Shown: piece by piece, positions 24,313-29,175 of the stretch | How the letters are laid out: the number at the start of each line of letters is the position of its first letter | Position numbering within the stretch: the stretch's first letter is position 1 | Assembly (NCBI GenBank): GCA_041659445.1 | Contig: JBAZYG010000001.1 | Location: 1 to 32,000, forward strand | Direction: 5' to 3' | DNA from: Candidatus Saccharimonadota bacterium | GTDB taxonomy: Archaea > Nanobdellota > Nanobdellia > Pacearchaeales > GW2011-AR1 | Length of the DNA stretch: 32,000 nt | Position numbers and translations under genes: made by a program | Notes under the pieces: model-generated | What the model was told of the DNA's origin: nothing | Databases searched by the model: none | The model's input: only the letters and a program-made list of their open reading frames with translations

Positions 24313-26010
24313 ATGGCATTTATTGTTAAAAAGAAAATTTCAGGAAAAGATTATTATTACTTAAATGAAAACAAAAGAGAAGAAGGAAAAGTAAAAACAA
24401 AAACACTTGCATATTTAGGAAAAAATAAAAAAGTTGCACAAGAAAAAATGAAAAAAGTTTTGACAGAAATTGAAAGAGAAAAAGAAATAACAATTAAGAA
24501 TACATTCAAAAATGAAATAAAAGATTCTGAAAAATCAAAAGAAAAAAATAAAAATTCAATTTCAAATATAAAACCAATTTCAATTGAAGAGTTAACAATG
24601 TTTTGCAAAAGAAAAGGATTTGTTTATCCTTCTTCAGAAATTTATGGTGGACTTGCGGGTTTTTGGGATTTTGGTCCTTTAGGTGTAGAATTATTAAATA
24701 ACATAAAAAAAGATTGGTGGAATTATTTTGTTTCTTCAAGAAATGATATAGTCGGTGTTGAAGCAAGTGTGATAAGTCATCCTCGAGTATGGGTTGCATC
24801 TGGTCATGTTGCAAATTTTACAGATGTTTTTGTCAAATGTAAAAAATGCGGAAAAACAAATAAAATAGACGAATCTGAGTTGGAAAAAGTAAAATGCATT
24901 TTTTGTAATGGCGATTATGAAAATTTAGGGAAATTTAATTTAATGTTTGAAACAAAAGTTGGTGCTTATGAACCAATGAATGTTTATTTAAGAGGAGAAA
25001 CTGCACAAGGAATGTTTATTAATTTTAAATTAGTTCAACAAACTTCAAGAATGCAATTACCTTTTGGTATTGCTCAGATTGGAAGATGTTTTAGAAATGA
25101 AATTGCTCCAAGAGATTTTTTATTTAGAAGCAGAGAATTTCATATTGGTGAATTTGAATTTTTTATAAATCCTGAAGAGAAAAAATGTTCTTTGTTATCG
25201 GATAAACAATTAAAATTGAAAATTAAATTTCTTGATTCTGAAAATCAAAAAAATGGAAATAATATTTTGAGAGAAATAACAATTGAAGAGATGATAAAAG
25301 AAAGAAGATTAGAAGAATGGCATGCTTATTGGTTAGCTGAGCAAATTTTATGGTTTAATTCAATTGGATTAACAGAAATAAAAATTCGAGAACATACTAA
25401 AGAGGAATTATCTCATTATAGCTCTGCAACATTTGATATTGATTATGAATATGTTTTTGGTAGCAAAGAAATTGCAGGCAATGCGAATCGTGGTCAATAT
25501 GATTTAACTCAACATGAAAAGGAAAGTAAACAATCAATGGAAATTTTTGATGAAAAGTATAAAAATAAAATAATTCCTAAAGTTATTGAACCTACTTTTG
25601 GAATTGAAAGAATTTTTTTGGGAATTTTAACAAAAGCATATTTTTACGACGATAAAAGACAAAATATTGTTTTAAAACTTCCTGCAAAACTTGCACCAAT
25701 AAAGATTGCTATTTTTCCTTTAGTTAGAAATAATCCTGAAATAATGAAATTATCCAATGAAATTTATGAAATTTTAAGAAAAGATTTTAATGTAGAATAT
25801 GATGAATCTGGTTCAATAGGTAGAAGATATGCTCGTAATGATGAAATTGGAACTCCGTTTTGTGTTACAATTGATGAGGAAAGTTTGAAAAAAAAAGATG
25901 TTACTATTAGAGATAGAGATACAACAAAACAAATAAGAATTAAAATAAAAGATTTGAAAAATATTCTAAAAGAATTTATTGACGGTAAAAAGGAATTTAA
26001 TGAAATTTAA
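24313..26010 (+). CDS. glyS: Glycyl-tRNA synthetase (archaeal/eukaryotic alpha2 type) with a 95-aa Lys-rich N-terminal extension
   Basis: KRKGFVYPSSEIYGGLAGFWDFGPLGVELLNNIKKDWW, FNLMFETKVG, YLRGETAQGMF, RCFRNEIAPR, EPTFGIERIF. A C-terminal anticodon-binding-like segment is present (APIKIAIFPL...GRRYARNDEIGTPFCVTID). Confidence 0.9.
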   Translation: MAFIVKKKISGKDYYYLNENKREEGKVKTKTLAYLGKNKKVAQEKMKKVLTEIEREKEITIKNTFKNEIKDSEKSKEKNKNSISNIKPISIEELTMFCKRKGFVYPSSEIYGGLAGFWDFGPLGVELLNNIKKDWWNYFVSSRNDIVGVEASVISHPRVWVASGHVANFTDVFVKCKKCGKTNKIDESELEKVKCIFCNGDYENLGKFNLMFETKVGAYEPMNVYLRGETAQGMFINFKLVQQTSRMQLPFGIAQIGRCFRNEIAPRDFLFRSREFHIGEFEFFINPEEKKCSLLSDKQLKLKIKFLDSENQKNGNNILREITIEEMIKERRLEEWHAYWLAEQILWFNSIGLTEIKIREHTKEELSHYSSATFDIDYEYVFGSKEIAGNANRGQYDLTQHEKESKQSMEIFDEKYKNKIIPKVIEPTFGIERIFLGILTKAYFYDDKRQNIVLKLPAKLAPIKIAIFPLVRNNPEIMKLSNEIYEILRKDFNVEYDESGSIGRRYARNDEIGTPFCVTIDEESLKKKDVTIRDRDTTKQIRIKIKDLKNILKEFIDGKKEFNEI

Positions 26011-26091
26011 TTTTTTGAAATTTAAAAATTATAAAAAGATATTTAAATGAACTTTTCTTTATGGTATTAATTAAAAGAGGAGGTTTTTATA

Positions 26092-26163
26092 ATGGCTGCT
26101 AAAAAAAAATCAGTAAAGAAGAAAACTACAAAGAAGAAAACTACATCAAAAAAGAAAAGATAA
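26092..26163 (+). CDS. Candidate 23-aa highly basic micro-protein (MAAKKKSVKKKTTKKKTTSKKKR)
   Basis: A strong SD, GAGGAGGT (26077-26084), lies 7 nt upstream of the ATG. A TATA-like ATATTTAAAT sits ~45 nt upstream. The ORF is below the track's length cut-off. Confidence 0.4.
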   Translation: MAAKKKSVKKKTTKKKTTSKKKR

Positions 26164-26234
26164 GTTTTCAGTAAATAGTATTTTATTTTTTATTTTTTAA
26201 TTAAATTTATAAATTCTGCTTTTTTTAAAACCTA

Positions 26235-26585
26235 ATGGAGGATTGTATTTTTTGTAAAATGTCTCGAGGAGAGATTTTATGCAAAAAAGTTTATGAAAAT
26301 GATAATTTTTTTTCTATTTTTGATATAAATCCGCGAAGTTTGGGGCATTCTTTAGTTATTTCTAAAAAACATTTTAATAATATTTTAGAGCTTCCTTTAA
26401 CATCTTGTCAAGAATTATTAGATTGTATAAAAAATACATCTTTAATTGTTTTAAAAGAAAAAAATGCTACGGGCTTTAATGTCCTTGTAAACACATTTAA
26501 GTCAGCAGATCAAGCTATAAATCATCTTCATGTCCATATTATTCCACGTAGAGAAAATGATAAATTAAGGCTTAATGATAATTAA
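26235..26585 (+). CDS. HIT-family (histidine triad) nucleotide hydrolase/transferase
   Basis: CIFCKM..GE, GHSLVISKKH and the NHLHVHIIPR histidine triad. Confidence 0.85.
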   Translation: MEDCIFCKMSRGEILCKKVYENDNFFSIFDINPRSLGHSLVISKKHFNNILELPLTSCQELLDCIKNTSLIVLKEKNATGFNVLVNTFKSADQAINHLHVHIIPRRENDKLRLNDN

Positions 26586-26655
26586 TTTAATATAAATTTT
26601 GTTATTTCTTATAGTGGTAATAATTCTTTAAATATTATTTAATTTAAACACCTAA

Positions 26656-26877
26656 ATGAACTTAGATGAAAAAGCGATTTTTTTTGAAAGTCATTCTGAC
26701 GAAAGTAAGAAAGCAAAAAAACTTTTAGATAAAAATAATTTAAATTTTGTAAGTATTTATATTTCAAATTATGAAAAACCAATATTAATTTCATCAGATT
26801 CTGCTTATAGTTTTAAAGGAATTTCAAGCATCAAAAGTCACATAAAATTTTTATTTAATTTTAAAAAATGTCTCTGA
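26656..26877 (+). CDS. Hypothetical small protein, glutaredoxin-like layout without a CxxC
   Basis: The arrangement IFFESHSDESKKAKKLLDKNNLNF resembles Grx, with the CPYC position replaced by SHSD. The 3' end overlaps tRNA-Met by 9 nt. Confidence 0.35.
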   Translation: MNLDEKAIFFESHSDESKKAKKLLDKNNLNFVSIYISNYEKPILISSDSAYSFKGISSIKSHIKFLFNFKKCL

Positions 26878-27014
26878 GGGGAATTTAACCCCCGACCTCT
26901 GCCTCTCTCAAAATTTCTTGTTTTGATTTTCAGGCTCAAAATAAATTTTGGCCAGATTCATATTCGCAAGCGAATATTCATGAGAGCAGCGCTCTAACCC
27001 TGAGCTACAGAGAC
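26869..27014 (-). tRNA. Elongator-type tRNA(CAT) (Met, or Ile2 if C34 is modified) with a 72-nt intron at 37/38
   Basis: Reverse complement reads GTCTCTG-TA-GCTC..GAGC-G-CTGCT-CTCATG|intron|A-GGCAG-AGGTC-GGGGG-TTAAATT-CCCCT-CAGAGAC-A. CTCA pairs with TGAG, followed by an AGA bulge. It is not initiator-like: no A1-U72 pair and no GGG/CCC in the anticodon stem. Confidence 0.8.
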
Positions 27015-27059
27015 AAAATTAATAGAATTAGTTCATTTAAAAGTGTTAAGGTTTTAGAA

Positions 27060-27266
27060 TTAATCTGTTTTTAACTTGGCTTTTTCAGCTTTTTCTTTTT
27101 TCATATACCTTGTTAAATATCCTGCCATTTGATTTCTCATTTTTTTACTAGGCATTTCTTTTCCAAGTATTTTTTTGTTTTTTTCAAAATTATCTGAAAA
27201 ATCTATTCCATCTTTGATAATTTCTTGTGAATATCTTTTTACTTGCTTTGATTTTATTTTTCCCAT
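27060..27266 (-). CDS. rps17e: 30S ribosomal protein S17e (eS17)
   Basis: MGKIKSKQVKRYSQEII......F..NFEKNKKIL....MPSKKMRNQMAGYLTRYMK follows the eS17 pattern. Confidence 0.85.
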   Translation of the reverse strand: MGKIKSKQVKRYSQEIIKDGIDFSDNFEKNKKILGKEMPSKKMRNQMAGYLTRYMKKEKAEKAKLKTD

Positions 27267-27300
27267 GTTAGATTTACTTTTTGAGGTTTTTTAAAGGTTT

Positions 27301-28173
27301 TTATTCTAATTTATAAATATTTGAGAGATTTTTAGAAGCAGCAATAATTGCTTCTAACTTTTTTGGAAATTCCCCTAAACTTAAAATAATAAATGGCAAA
27401 TTTTCTTCTTTTGATGTTTTATAAGATTTTATTAATTCATTCTCAGAAATTCTTTTTTTGTTTATTGCAATAAGTATTTTTTTTTCAGAATTTTCAATTA
27501 CTTTTAAAGAAAGTTCATTTTTTGTAGCACCCATTATGTCAAGTATTTCTATTTTTTTTGAGAAAAGAAAATCTTTAACATTATTGAAAAATTTATCATT
27601 TTTATCTGTAGGTTTTTTCTTTATCTTTTTTAAAACTTTTTTTGGTTTTTCTTTAATTTCTCTCTGAATTTCTTTTATTTGTTCTTTAATTTTTTCAGGA
27701 ACTTTTTCTTTAATAATTTCTTTAATTAAAATTGGTTCTTCTTTTATTTCTAACTTTTCGTTTTCAGGAATTTCTAAAAAATATCTCCAAAAAATTTCAT
27801 CGTTTTTTTGAAAGGGTATTGAAAAGTCTTTTATACTTCTTAATGCAATTCTCATTACTGGAGATTGTTCTTTATCTTTTAATATTTTTTTTTCTTTTAA
27901 TAAAAGGAATGCTTCTTTTTCTTTATCTTTTAAGTATTGGGAAAATTTTTCTAATTGATCTTTTTTTTCTTCGAGAAAATATATTGGAGAACTTCCAACT
28001 CTCATATTACTTATTTTAATTCTTTTTTCAGATGCAAGTTCAGAAAGAAATGCTGATGCAAATAAACTTTCCATTCCAATATCTTTTGCAATTTGCATAG
28101 GAAGACTTGGGCCTTTGGCTTTTAATATATTAATTATTCTTTCTTTAATTTCTATAGGGTTTTTTGAAGACAT
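27301..28173 (-). CDS. Hypothetical protein with an N-terminal winged-helix-like domain and a Lys/Glu-rich linker
   Basis: GPSLPMQIAKDIGMESLFASAFLSELASEKRIKISNMRVGSSPIYFL looks like a wHTH. The gene starts immediately after the endA stop, so the two are probably co-transcribed. Confidence 0.5.
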   Translation of the reverse strand: MSSKNPIEIKERIINILKAKGPSLPMQIAKDIGMESLFASAFLSELASEKRIKISNMRVGSSPIYFLEEKKDQLEKFSQYLKDKEKEAFLLLKEKKILKDKEQSPVMRIALRSIKDFSIPFQKNDEIFWRYFLEIPENEKLEIKEEPILIKEIIKEKVPEKIKEQIKEIQREIKEKPKKVLKKIKKKPTDKNDKFFNNVKDFLFSKKIEILDIMGATKNELSLKVIENSEKKILIAINKKRISENELIKSYKTSKEENLPFIILSLGEFPKKLEAIIAASKNLSNIYKLE

Positions 28174-28692
28174 TTACATTTTCATCCATTTAATTTCATA
28201 ATATAAAATTCCGCCTTCTTCATCAACTATTGCAATAAGAAGATTCTTTTTTGTTGAATGTGCAACACGATTTTTTGAAGAAAATTCATTCCAGTTTATT
28301 TTAAAGTTTGATTTTTGTACAGACACTACCCATTTAGCATGTTCTGTCACAGGGTTTTTACCTTTTTCATAAACTCGAAAATCTGTTCCAAATTTTAATG
28401 CAGTTTTAACAATATTTCCTTTATTTCTTAAATCTTCAAAAACAAGATATTTCATCATAAAATTTTTATCTAATTTTTCAAATTTTTTTATTAATTCTTC
28501 TTTAGAAATAATTTTGTTTTTCTGGATAATTTCCATTTTGTTTTTTTTGACTAAATAAAATGCTTCTAATAAATTGTACTGAACTTTTTCATCTTTTCTC
28601 TCACCGAAGTAACTTTTTTTTATTAAAGTATATGCTTCTTTTGAATTAGAATAAACAAGATTTCCGATTAATTGAGATTTTATCATTTCCAT
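28174..28692 (-). CDS. endA: tRNA-splicing endonuclease EndA (short, homotetramer-type size)
   Basis: YLVFEDLRNKGNIVKTALKFGTDFRVYEKG....HAKWVVSV....RVAHSTKKNLLIAIVD matches the EndA catalytic-domain pattern; 172 aa. Confidence 0.85.
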   Translation of the reverse strand: MEMIKSQLIGNLVYSNSKEAYTLIKKSYFGERKDEKVQYNLLEAFYLVKKNKMEIIQKNKIISKEELIKKFEKLDKNFMMKYLVFEDLRNKGNIVKTALKFGTDFRVYEKGKNPVTEHAKWVVSVQKSNFKINWNEFSSKNRVAHSTKKNLLIAIVDEEGGILYYEIKWMKM

Positions 28693-28789
28693 GTTCTTTT
28701 AAGATAATGAGAATATTTAAAAGTTCTTTCTTATAATTGTATATGCAATAGATATAAATCTTTATAAATTGATATGCTTTTTTTAAATC

Positions 28790-29128
28790 ATGAATCTTCA
28801 ATATCTCTTGGCTGAAGATAAAATGTCAGAAAAAGAATTAGATTCTTTATCTAAAATAATTACTAATGAAAATGCTGAGGGAAAAATTTGTTTTATAGAG
28901 GGCTTAGAGGTTCCAACTTTTCAAATTTCTATAAATAAAAATTTTGGAATTAAAAGTTTTGTAAAAGATTTTACTTATTTGAATACTAGTAAGGAAGGTC
29001 AGAGATCTTATTATTCACAGGTTTTTGTATCTAAAAAAGTGAGATATATTTTTTTAGATAAAAGGCCCGATTCTATTTATCGTTCTGAAGAAGCAAAAAA
29101 GACCTATCAACCCGCAGTATTAATGTAG
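28790..29128 (+). CDS. Hypothetical protein
   Basis: ORF with a TATA-like CTTTATAAATT ~26 nt upstream; no recognisable motif. Confidence 0.4.
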   Translation: MNLQYLLAEDKMSEKELDSLSKIITNENAEGKICFIEGLEVPTFQISINKNFGIKSFVKDFTYLNTSKEGQRSYYSQVFVSKKVRYIFLDKRPDSIYRSEEAKKTYQPAVLM

Positions 29129-29175
29129 AAGTTATCTATCAATAATTTATTAAAACCATATTTCTTACTTAATAA

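Noticed and set aside
24357-24814. Minus-strand ORFs 24357-24608 and 24506-24814
   Set aside because: They are antisense to glyS, with a Phe/Leu/Ser-rich low-complexity translation.
27458-28019. Plus-strand ORFs 27458-27667 and 27732-28019
   Set aside because: They are antisense to the 290-aa minus-strand gene that is contiguous with endA, and are low-complexity Phe/Leu-rich.
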